Shown: positions 39,520-51,309 of the stretch, in pieces
Position numbering within the stretch: the first letter of the stretch is position 1
How the letters are laid out: each line of letters opens with the position of its first letter
NCBI GenBank assembly: GCA_951406725.2
Contig: OX597817.1
Coordinates: 13,330,001 to 13,394,000, forward strand
Direction: 5' to 3'
Source of the DNA: Octopus vulgaris
Lineage: Eukaryota
Length of the DNA: 64,000 bases
Position numbers and translations under genes: made by a program
Notes under the pieces: generated by a model
Database searches by the model: none
Told to the model about the DNA's origin: nothing
Seen by the model: the letters and a program-made list of their open reading frames with translations, nothing else

Positions 39520-39572
<53 letters not shown>

Positions 39573-40064
39573 TATTTTATCCTATTTTAAAATCGTGTAT
39601 GTATATATATATATATATAATATATTCCCAACAAACTACCAATGTTGTTAATTTTTCCAAAATCACAAAATTGAAACTTCGGTTACCAGTATTTATTGTT
39701 TATTATGAAAGCATTCATAGTAGTAGCAATCATTCAGGATAACTTATTAATAAAAAAATTTGTTCGTTCAACAACTATACTTTGTTTGAAACCCCATGGA
39801 ACAAAAGGAAACGCACTGATAAAAAAACAAACTGCAATTGCTCCACCCTTATATGGCAATGAGATAAAATACAAGTGTTAAGCTTATTTCATGTTACAAA
39901 ATCTACAACTAGTTCTTGAGTGATGTGGGAATTAAACTTTATAGTTCAACCATAAACGAGAAACTAAATCTCACAATGTAGATCTAACATACTTCATGCA
40001 CTCGATACTACAATGCTACACAACAATGCTACACAACCTAGTTAAAGTTAGTTGACATCTAGAG

Positions 40065-40180
40065 TTATGCCGACTCATAAGGGTCGGTTCCTCGATTGCC
40101 ATGGTGTATAAATTCCTCACCTGGACGGGACGCCGGGCCATCGCAAGATTACTCATTTTTGCCAGCTGTGTGGACTGCAG
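40065..40180 (-). mobile_element. SINE family D, 3' fragment
   Basis: cctggacgggacgccgggccatcgcaagattactcatttttgccagctg. Confidence 0.65.
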
Positions 40181-40273
40181 AAACGACTACTTTGAGTAAA
40201 TTGTTTTCTCCCAGCCATAATCTAATTGATATTTTGGGGAATTTTAAAAATTGTTTTATGTTTGGATGGGATA

Positions 40274-40668
40274 TCTTTATATATAAAAGTAAGGTTGTGT
40301 GCTGTCTGTCTCCTACGATTTAGATTCCTAACTACTCCCACATTTTGCGGTGCAGTTTAACCAAAACCAGGTATCTTATAGTCGTGATTCATATCGAGCC
40401 CTTCTGGGTATTGGCGCGCGTCTACGATGAGTCTACGATTTTAAAAAAATTTACCATCAATTTTTCCCATTTTTAATGCATTTTTGGCATATATAAGGGA
40501 AGTAACTCTCTAAAAATGTATTATTACATCTCAGAACGTAAAAAGCTACAGTAACAACCTCCCTTTGTGGTTAGCCATATTGAGATGGCTATTATACTTT
40601 ACATCTCTAAAAATGCTTATGTAGTTATTTCCCTTACAAACCCGAGCAACGCCGGGCGATACTGCTAG
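40274..40668 (+). mobile_element. Non-autonomous Helitron carrying a foreign segment at ~40539-40602
   Basis: TC...hairpin...CTAG at an A|T site; same family as 10473. Confidence 0.85.
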
Positions 40669-41099
40669 TTGTATTATAATATCATTTTAAATAAAATTTT
40701 ATCCTTATATTAGAAGTACATTAATTCGCATTCACTTCGGGACTGGTTAGCCACTTGTACCGCGTTTCCTGACCGACTACACTTGTGCCGAGGCTTGCTT
40801 TGGAATTTCGATTTGGATATATTTGGGATACTTAAATGTATTCATGAGTTTGCATCTGCTTTTCCGTGGGCTTGTCTAAGTGTTTCATTTATTTTCATTT
40901 TGTGTTCCTCGCTGATGAAGAAAGAATCCAAAAATCAGAACAGAAAACGGGAATAACTATATTTTTATAAATATCTGTTAGCTTGCTTTCCTCGTTTCGA
41001 CACCTGGTGTAATCATACAAATGAAAATATTTTATGTGTTTAGACGATTTAGCGTCTAGTTTTCAGCATATTGGCAAAGAATTTTTTTGCCCTGTAGAC

Positions 41100-41143
41100 G
41101 CATCTGATGAGAACCCAAAAAGGTTTGAAAATCGATTAAGGTT
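41100..41143 (+). ncRNA. Minimal hammerhead-like motif (weak stem I)
   Basis: gcat CTGATGA gaacc caaaaa ggttt GAAA atcgat TA aggt. Confidence 0.55.
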
Positions 41144-41227
41144 GTTCATCATTTTTTTCAATCTGCGGAGAAATGGCTAAAATTTGCCCTGTTTATAATT
41201 ATACCATATGTTATATATGTATATATA

Positions 41228-41280
41228 TTCTTTTCTTTTATATGTTTCAGCTGTAAGGCCGTGGCCATGCTGGGGCACCA
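41228..41280 (-). mobile_element. Extremely truncated CR1-group LINE 3' terminus
   Basis: Minus tggtgccccagcatggccacggccttacagctgaaac + A-rich tail. Confidence 0.6.
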
Positions 41281-41366
41281 CACACACAACCCACACACAC
41301 ACACACATATTATATATACATATATATATACATATACATATTCGTATATATATAGTATAAACATCT

Positions 41367-42806
41367 ATCAGCAAGGTCATGGAACGAATAGTCAGAAGGA
41401 AACTGATCACCTTCCTTGAAGAAAATGACTTGCTGCCTGACACCCAACATGGTTTTCGACCAGGAAGAAGCTGTTTAACTCAGCTCCTACAACACTATGA
41501 CTGGGTGCTGAAACAACTGCTCAACCACACAAATGTGGAAGTGATATATCTCGACTTTGCAAAGGCCTTTGATAAAGTCAATCATAGAATGATATGTCAC
41601 AAACTGCGTGATCTTAGCATAGTTGGAAAACTGGGAGCATGGCTTCATGACTTTCTGAAAGATAGAAGTCAGGTGGTAGTAGCCAATGGGGCCACTTCCA
41701 TTAACACGCAAATAGTGAGCGGTGTTCCGCAGGGCACTGTTTTGGGACCACTACTGTTCATAATGGCCCTCTCAGACATGCCCTCAGCCACGCAGAGAGC
41801 CACGATCACAAGTTATGCAGATGATACAAAAGTTTCACAGGCAATACAGAAACCTGAGGACACTAAACGCCTGCAATGTGAGCTGGACAAAATATACAAG
41901 TGCGCTGAAAAGAATAGCATGCAGTTCAATGCTGAAAAGTTTCAAGCTTTATGCTATCAGCATGCAAAACTAAATGCAATACCCAATGAATACACTGGAC
42001 CCGGAGGAATTGCAATCCCAGAGGCACAATCAGTGCGTGACCTGGGTATTTACATGAGTGATGACGCAACCTTTCGTGTACATGTTGCTAAATTGACAAT
42101 GAAATGTAGACGACTGGCCGGATGGATTCTCAGAACCTTTAGAACAAGAGAACAAGAAACCATGATGGTCCTCTGGAGGACACTTGTCCTAAGCCACTTT
42201 GACTATTGCTCTCAGCTATGGTCACCATCCAGTGTCAAGTTGATCACAGAACTTGAGGCGATCCAACGTAGCTACACGAAGAAGATAGCCTCTGTGCAGA
42301 ATATAAGCTACTGGGAAATACTCAAGAGATTAAAACTCTATTCCTTGGAGCGTAGGCGAGAAAGATATGCCATAATATACATCTGGAAGATCCTGGAAAG
42401 ACTTGTCCCAAACTTTGGCATCGAGAGTTACACAAATGCCAGAACTGGGCGTCACTGCGTGGTGCCTAGGACTCCAAATCAAGATGTAGGACAAGATACT
42501 GTGATAGCCTGGGCTTCCGAGGCCCACAGCTCTTCAATATCCTCCCGAAGAACCTAAGACGCCTGCATGGGGTGGATGCAGATGTCTTTAAAATGAAAGT
42601 GGATCTTTTCTTGTCAGGTATCCCAGATGAACCAACTTCACGGCAGGAGGTGCAGATGAGGGCAGCTGCATCGAACTCTCTCATGCACCAAATGGCAGTT
42701 GCTAAAAAGCATTCGTGAAGTAAAACCATGTAGCAACACCAAATGGCGGTGCCCCAGCATGGCCACAGCTCGTGAGCTGAAACTAGAATCAATCAATCAA
42801 TCAATC
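41367..42806 (+). mobile_element. CR1/Jockey-group LINE, 5'-truncated; RT domain ORF 41379-42557, frameshift near 42478
   Basis: QHGFRPGRSC, YLDFAKAFDKV, GVPQGTVLGP, YADDTK, DLGI; C-terminal FNILP..LR..IPDEP; 3' stem-loops and (AATC)n tail. Confidence 0.93.
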
Positions 42807-42832
42807 CTAAAAGATGCTATAGATTATATATG

Positions 42833-42927
<95 letters not shown>

Positions 42928-42939
42928 CATATATATACG

Positions 42940-43245
42940 TGGAGGCGCAATGGCCCTGTGGTTAGGGCAGGGAACTCGCGGTCGTAGGATCGCAGTTTCG
43001 ATTCCCAGACCGGGCGTTGTGAGTGTTTATTGAGCGAAAATACCTAAAGCTCCACGAGGCTCCAGCAGGGGGTGGTGGCGATCTCTGCTGTACTCTTTCG
43101 CCACAACTTTCTCTCACTCTTTCGTCTGTTGGCCTGCTCGCTTAGCCAGCGGGTTGGCGTCATTTGAAGGCTAAAACAATGCTAAGCGCATTGTGACCAG
43201 CGATGTGTAGCAATATCTGATAGCCTGGTCGGTCACGGTGATCAC
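42940..43245 (+). mobile_element. SINE with family C head and an alternative tail
   Basis: C head/body to ctttctctcactct, then a different tail ending gcctggtcggtcacggtgatcac. Confidence 0.8.
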
Positions 43246-43306
43246 ATATATATATACATAAAAATATGTATCTATATCTATATATATATATACATAAAAA
43301 TATGTA

Positions 43307-43372
<66 letters not shown>

Positions 43373-43952
43373 CATATACGTATATATATAGTATAAATAT
43401 CTATCCTAAAAGATGCTATAGATTAATTCTAACGTTTTAATCAGCCCTGTACTGTAAATTAAACTGAATGAAATACGCACGATATTTGTAAGCAAGTGAC
43501 TGTTTCACAATCTCTTAGCTAAGCAAGAAAGTGGGATCAGCTGAGCAGGTTTGATTTTTATATTGGCATCTCATTAGTAACAGATGTGATCACAGTTTTG
43601 AGCTGTAGTACATCCTTCTCAAAACAAGGGATCTCCAGTGTCAACATCTTCGTTGCATTTTCATTCCTCGTCGCCCATTTAAATTTTTAACAAAAACAAA
43701 GAACTCCCAATGAAATCCAAACAAAATCGAGTATCATATCCGGTTGTTTATATGCTATTGGTTATTAAATACACTAAAACGCACGACAATATATTACTAA
43801 TTACTGCCAGACAATTTAGATCACCACCTACGAAAAGCACCACGGCGAAAAGACAAAGTAAATAATATTCTTAGACGAATAAAATAGTTTTGGAAAGTTT
43901 ATAGTTAGATGTCCAAAATTAAAACAACTGAATGCTTAGTCTGTTGGCAGTA

Positions 43953-44173
43953 GGCGCAGGCGTGGCCGTGTGGTAAGTAGCTTGCTTCCCAACCACATGG
44001 TTTCAGGTTCAGTCACACTGTGTGACAACTTGGGCAAGTGCCTTCTACTATAGACTCGGATCGACCAAAGGTTTGTGAGTGGATTTGTAGACGGAAACAA
44101 GAAACCCATCATACATATACATACGTATACATACATACATGCATGCATACATACATATATATCTACACACACA

Positions 44174-44204
<31 letters not shown>

Positions 44205-44600
44205 TCACACATATGAATCGAAACAGTTAAAATTAAATTCGTTGGTACTCTTGAGTTTCAAGCGTGATGCTAGTTTTCAGCTATTTTGAATTTGAAGGAC
44301 AGAAGTTGAGTGTCATTTCCTGTTCACCATGCGGTATTTTCCAACTAACTGTTACCGATATACCAGCATCAAACCTCGACACATCGTGACCTTCCTCGGC
44401 CAAACGCACCCCACTTTACGGTAATAGCAATTAACTTCTGTCATTCAGATTCAAAATGACTGAAGACTAGCATCACGCTTGAAACTCAAGAGTACCAACG
44501 ATTTTGAATCAAATTGTTTTAATACATACATGTAACTACCAATAAATTTGTTGAGTGCCCTTCTTTCGTTTGTCCACTCACTCGTATATATATATATCTA

Positions 44601-44648
<48 letters not shown>

Positions 44649-44910
44649 TAAATGCATACATAAATACATACATACATGTGTGTGTGTGTTTATGTCTTTA
44701 TTTGTCCCCTCACCACTGCTTGACAACCAGTAGGATGTGTTTACATTCCCGTAAATTAGCGGTTCGGCAAATGGAAACTAATGGAATAATTACTAGGCTG
44801 AAAAAGTAAGTACTGCAGTCGATTCGTTCGACTGAAGAATTCTTCAAAGCAGTGCTCCAGCGTGGCCGTAGTCTGTCTAATGACTGAAACAAGTAAAAAA
44901 TAAAGATAAA
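43953..44910 (+). mobile_element. SINE family A apparently split in its internal microsatellite by a MITE
   Basis: 5' half 43953-44110 and 3' half ~44680-44910, collinear on the same strand. Confidence 0.6.
44212..44528. mobile_element. MITE / fold-back with ~95-bp TIRs
   Basis: cgttggtactcttgagtttcaagcgtgatgctagt / actagcatcacgcttgaaactcaagagtaccaacg. Confidence 0.85.
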
Positions 44911-44997
44911 GGGTCATAAATATTTTTTGATTGCTCCATCAACAACGATAATTATTTTGAAGATATAGATTGTCGATGGTTTTGACAAATATTTATA

Positions 44998-45400
44998 GGC
45001 GTATGAATGGCTGTGTGGTAAGTAACTTGCTTACGAACTACATGGTTCCGGGTTCAGTCTCCCTGCGTGGCACCTTGGGCAAGTGTCTTCTACTATAGCC
45101 TCGGGCCAACCAAAGCCTTGTGAGTGGATTTGGTAGACGGAAACTAAAAGAAGCCCGTCGTATGTATATATATATATGTATGTGTGTGTATATGTTTGTG
45201 TGTCTGTGTTTGTCCCCACAACATCGTTTGACAACCTATGCTTGTGTGTTTACGTCCCCGTTACTTAGCGGTCCGGCAAAAGAGGCCGATAGAATAAGTA
45301 CTATACTTACAAAGAATAAATCCTGGGGTCGATGTGCTCGACTAAAGGCGGTGCTCCAGCATGGCCGCACTCAAATGACTGAAACAAGTAAAAGTGAAAA
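44998..45400 (+). mobile_element. SINE family A
   Basis: Full length. Confidence 0.88.
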
Positions 45401-45727
45401 GAGAGGAAGAGAGATATATCTCCATTTTTACAACTGAAATTTTATTGCCTAAAATTTTTGAGCTCTTAAGTCTTCAGCATTCCAAAACCAGAGAGATTCA
45501 TTTGGCAATTTACATGTTTATTATTCTTCGCGTTCTGCTTCATGTCAGCCACGTGCTTACGAACGAAACTACGTCGAGCAAATATCTCTTTAAGAATTCC
45601 TGCTGACGAAGGGAATACGTGTGTATTATTTGATGCACGTCTCATCTCAGAGAAGTGTTAGGTTTTGCCCATATACGTGTTATATTTTGATTTATTATCA
45701 GTTGGTTCTGCTTGCGTAATATGCTTT

Positions 45728-46740
45728 CATACATACATACATACATACAAACATGCATACATACATACATACATACATACATACATACATACATACATAC
45801 ATACATACGTACGTACGTACGTACGTGCGTACATACATACATACATACATACATACATACATACATACATACATACATACATACATGCACGCATGCATAC
45901 ACATGCATATATACATACATACATACATACATACATACATACACACATACAAACATACATACATACATGCATACATACATGCAAACATACATACATACAA
46001 ACATACATACATACATACACACATACATACATACAAACAAACATACATACACACATACATACACACATACATACATACATACATACATACATACATACAT
46101 ACATACATACACACACACATACATACATACACACATACATACATACATAGATACATACATACATACATACATGCATGCATACATACATATATACATACAT
46201 ACATACATACATACATACATACGTACATACGTACATACGTACGTACATACATACATACATACATACACATACATACATACATACATGCACACATACATAC
46301 ATACATACAAACATACATACATACATACACACATACATACATACATACATACATACATACATACATACATACATACATACATACATACATACATACATAC
46401 ATACATACATACATACATACATACATACATACACACACACATACATACATACAAACAAACATACATACACACATACATACATACACACATACATACATAC
46501 ATACATACATACATACATACATACATACACACATACATACATACAAACATACATAAATACACACATAATACATACACACATGCATACATACACACACACA
46601 TACATGCATTTATACATACATTCATACATAAGTGTGTGTGCGTGTGTGTGTGTGTAATATGTGTGTCTGTGTGTTTGTATGCACATAGATGCATGCACGC
46701 ACGCACGCACATACTTACATAGACACTCATACACACTCAT
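45728..46740 (+). repeat. ~1-kb degenerate (TACA)n microsatellite
   Basis: Direct reading; source of the long HTYI/MYVC ORFs. Confidence 0.95.
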
Positions 46741-47331
46741 ATTTATGAAACTGCGTGTGTTATGTGTTACATGTTTCGGTTCATCTCATCACACATGGAA
46801 CTTTTCAAAAGTTGAATGTATATATATGTCAAATCTCCAGCAAAGGCATTAAAATAGATTAGCTTAAGCGAGAGAGAGATAGAGATAGAGAGAGAGTATG
46901 AAAGAGTGAGAGACAGAATGAAAAAGAAAATGAGAAAGAGTTGACAACAGAGAAAAAGAAAAAGAAAAACCGAGGCCAACAGAGAGAAAAGTTTGTAAAA
47001 TAACTTACAGCAGATGCAAGCAAAACATACAAGATGAAATGCAAATAAGCAACTACAGCCCATATGCTATAAAAACTGTATGTTTAAAAAATAATTCAAA
47101 CTCAGGCGCCCACCTCTTAGAATTGTTTTTCATTCTTGCCCTATGGCCAGAGGGGTCCGGGATTGGCTTCCTATGTCAGAAAATGGAATGACACAGTCGT
47201 CGGTGTCATAGTCACATGAAACATCTATTATCTTATTTAACCCTTCAAGGGAAGAATTTTTTTGGACGAATGCCGGAGTAAATTTGCCATACTTGATGTA
47301 ATTACATTAAGAATGATACACAGATGGCTAT

Positions 47332-47391
<60 letters not shown>

Positions 47392-47569
47392 ATATTTATT
47401 TATATTTATTTATTTATTTATGTATTTACTTATTTATTTATTTATATATATATATGCGTGTGTATCTATTTATTTACCTATATTTATATATATATGTCAC
47501 TTGCCTCACTCTCTCTTTATATATATATATATATATATATAGATAGATTGATAGATAGATAGATAGATG

Positions 47570-47600
<31 letters not shown>

Positions 47601-47605
47601 GGATG

Positions 47606-47681
<76 letters not shown>

Positions 47682-47691
47682 TACGTAAGAT

Positions 47692-47990
47692 ACAGCTTAG
47701 GTTTCAGGGGACCACAGCTCTTCAACATCCTTCCTAAATGCCTGAGAGACCTGCATGTTGTGGATGTGGCTTTCTTTAAAAACTAAACTGGATCTCTTCT
47801 TGTCGGGGGTTCCAGATGAACCTACCTCTCGGCAGGAAACACAGATGCGGGCAGCGGCTTCGAACTCCCTTGTTGACCAAGTGCCACGTATCAGAGGTGG
47901 TTTCACATACTAGTGTAGCTCATTCAACGGTGGTGCCCCAGCATGGCCGCAGCTTTCGGGCTGAAACATTTTTAAGGATTTAAGGATTTT
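47692..47990 (+). mobile_element. CR1-group LINE 3' fragment (sister family of 41367)
   Basis: SLGFRGPQLFNILPKCLRDL...FKTKLDLFLSGVPDEP; 3' stem-loops; (TTTAAGGA) tail. Confidence 0.85.
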
Positions 47991-48345
47991 AGACGATGAA
48001 AAATAAAAATAAACTGAAACGAACAGATGTGATGTGGAGAGGACATGGAATATTTGGTTTTAGATCTTTATTACGAGTATCAATAAACATAAAGGGATGC
48101 ATTCCTCTGATTTAACTTCCCGAAGGAACTAGAAGATTGGTAATTTCGAAGGTGGGCGGAATGGTCCGAAGAGCTTGGTTCTGTTTCTGTGCGAATGAAT
48201 GAATCCTTTATGACAAATTAATTATATTAGAAGTTTATAATAGATAAGCAATTTGAAATGAGTTGAGTGTGTGTGTGTGTGTGTGTGTGTGTGCACATAA
48301 AACTATTTATCTATCTATATATCTGTTTATCTGCTTGTCTGTCTG

Positions 48346-48440
<95 letters not shown>

Positions 48441-48476
48441 GTTTGTCTGTATGTCTGTCTATCTATCTCTCTATCA

Positions 48477-48554
<78 letters not shown>

Positions 48555-48624
48555 TTATCTATCTGTTTGTCTCCCTGTCTGTCTGTCGACTTAACATATC
48601 TTCATGCTTGGAGGCATACATATA

Positions 48625-50187
48625 CAGTTGCGGCCAAAATGTTCAGAACGGTATTGTTTTCGTCAGAAAAGTAGATATAATTTTTTATCAAAGTTGTTTC
48701 ATATTCTATAATTTTCACAGACAATAAATACAATATTAATTGTTATTGTCTGAGATTTTGGTGTAATTTGAGTGGATAATACAAAAGTTATGGATGATTT
48801 AGTGATTTACTGCAAAACCCATGGCGGCCAAAATGATCAGAACGGTTGAAAATATAACAAAATAATCAAAAATGACAGAGAATACTGGAATTATTTAATA
48901 TTTAGTGTGAAGCCCTTTAGCTTCAATCACACTTTGACATCGACTGCATGAGGAAATTAAATTTTCAATTTCTTGCTGGGTGATCTTATTCCATTCTTCC
49001 TGAAGGGCATTCCATAATTGCTCAGTTGTTTTAGGATTTCTGGCTTTCGAACGTTCTCCTAGAATATTCCACACATTTTCAATAGGATTGAGATCTGGGC
49101 TTTGAGCAGGCCAATCCATAACAATAACCTTTTCAGCCTTAAGGAAGTTCATGACCACCTTAGCCTTGTGACGTGGGACATTGTCCTGCATGAATATGGC
49201 TGGTCGCTTAGTTGAATTTCTCAGCACAGGCAAGACATGATCTTTTACAAGTTGTTTATAAACTCCTGCATTTAACTTTCCATGTAATCGCACCAAAGGG
49301 CCCACACCATCTCCAGATATCATTCCCCAAACCATGACACTTCCTCCACCGAATTTAACACTAGTCTTAAGGCATTTAGGCAACAATTTTTCACCTACTT
49401 TTCTACGAACGTACCTTTTCCCATCTGAGCGAAATAACATAGACTTAGATTCATCACTGAAATGCACCGTTTGCCATTTTTCTTGAGACCACAACACATG
49501 TTTGGTTGCAAAGGTAAGACGACACTTTTTATTCTTGAAGTTGATCAGTGGCTTCACTGCAGGTGCTCTTGCTTGTAGGTCATGTTCAACTAAACGACGA
49601 GACAGTTTTTCGAGATAAAGTTTTCTTCAGTACAATGCTCATTTTCCGAGAAACAGCAGCAGCAGTTTTAAATCTGTCCTTCTTAACCAACTTTACCATA
49701 GCACGATCTTCTCTCTTGGTCGTTTTTCTTGGCCTACCTGTAAACTTTCTTGCTTCACACGAACCACAATCATCGTAGACCTTAAGAATACCGTGTACAA
49801 CACTTTTTGACTTGTTAACAATCTCTGCAATAGATCCAATACTTAAATTATCCTTCCTTCGAAGCTTAATAATCTGCTGACGAATTGGTAACGGAGTAAG
49901 TGGCATTATATTAACAAAGTACACTGCAAATATTCTTACTAATGTTTAGTAAACGAACCCTCACGTAAACAAATTCAAAACATTAGAGTTCGCCGGTTAA
50001 ATATACTAAAACACGGAGTAAAAGCAACCGTTCTGATCATTTTGGCCGCCATGGGTTTTGCAGTAAATCACTAAATCATCCATAACTTTTGTATTATCCT
50101 CTCAAATTTCACCAAAATCTCAGGCAATAACAAATAATATCGTATTTATTGTCTGTGAAAATTATAGAATATATAACAACTTTGATA
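48625..50187 (-). mobile_element. Tc1 transposon with IR/DR long TIRs; right TIR truncated
   Basis: TA+CAGTTGCGGCCAAAATGTTCAGAACGG; inner DR at ~48823; inverted copy 50026-50187 lacks the outer DR. Confidence 0.92.
48895..49906 (-). pseudogene. Tc1 DD34E transposase, split by a frameshift near 49598
   Basis: GRPRKT, FSDESK, MVWG, MQDN...WPAQSPDLNPIE with 34 residues between D and E. Confidence 0.92.
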
Positions 50188-51309
50188 TAAGTAAATCCAT
50201 AAGCAGTCTGGAACATTTCATAAATTTCTGTAGCATTCCCCCCCTGTTTAACACAAAACTTTATTGTTTAGCGAGCTTCCAAACTATCTTTATGTCCCGG
50301 CTTCTTTTTGCAAATTAGTCGACTGTGATAAGCAATGTTTAGTAGGGTGTGTTCAAAGTGCTGTTACAGCTATTTCCTTCAATCGAGAATAACGAAAGTT
50401 GGCAGGACTGCTTATGAGTTTTATAGTAATGATATACGAAAACCGTACTAAAATTATAATAATCTAGGACAATTATAAGTGCCGCTCCTTAAGAAAGTCT
50501 CAGGACATCTGGAATGCATCTCGGACATATACTTCGACAGCAAAGCACTTTGTATGGTAGTTTGAAATAAGATGTCGCTGAGTAGCAATTTTATTATTGC
50601 TCAAATTGTTTCCTGCTGTTGAAATCCATGGAACATGAAGTGATAATCAGTGTCTATATATTCATTCCATTCACCAAAAAGAAAAATTCTTCTTTAATGT
50701 CACAAGCAAACTTAAGTTTCCTTTCAATTGGATTTTAGAAGCTATATTTGAATACACGAACGGTAAAAATTATTACTATCTTCATTGAAACGATATTAGA
50801 AAAGCTGCACATATCGATATCAAAATAGAAAGGTGACAAAACAAGTTCGGCAGTGAGAAGACACGTTATATTAAAAGCTAGAATCGCGAAAACTTGTGAA
50901 TTCCAACTGAAGTCTGAGAAAAGATCAATTGAAGCTTTGACTCGACACGATCAGGTAAATCGCTAAAAATCAGCGGTACTAAGGCTCCAGAAGAGTGGAT
51001 TGATTTTTGACTCGATATATTGCTATATGACACATCATGTTATTGATACAAATAGAGAATTGCTGTTATTTCATGTCTTCTTTTTAGGCAGAAGATAGAA
51101 CAGCGTGCAGGAGAGTACACGCAAAATATACAAGCTCGTTCGATTACAGCACTATCCGAGCATGAAACTAATGGGGGCTCATATTTAAATCCTGGGTGTA
51201 TAAATAATATACGTAGGCACAGACGTGGCTGTGTGGTAGGAAGCTTGCTTCACAACTACATGGAATCAGAAAGAAGCTCGTCGCATATATCTATAATATA
51301 AATTGGACA

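Noticed and set aside
40905-40955. CTGATGA candidates at ~40912 and 60803, and CTGACGA at ~45603
   Set aside because: Stem II/III or GAAA cannot be formed convincingly
42940-43015. tRNA gene (also other SINE heads)
   Set aside because: A/B boxes present but continuous with SINE bodies; no convincing cloverleaf
45642-46740. Long ORFs (300+ aa) of MYVC/HTYI repeats, and similar poly-I/M/S/K/E ORFs elsewhere
   Set aside because: Translations of stop-free microsatellites, not proteins
51089-51195. Possible exon after tctttttag
   Set aside because: No recognisable protein and no good donor
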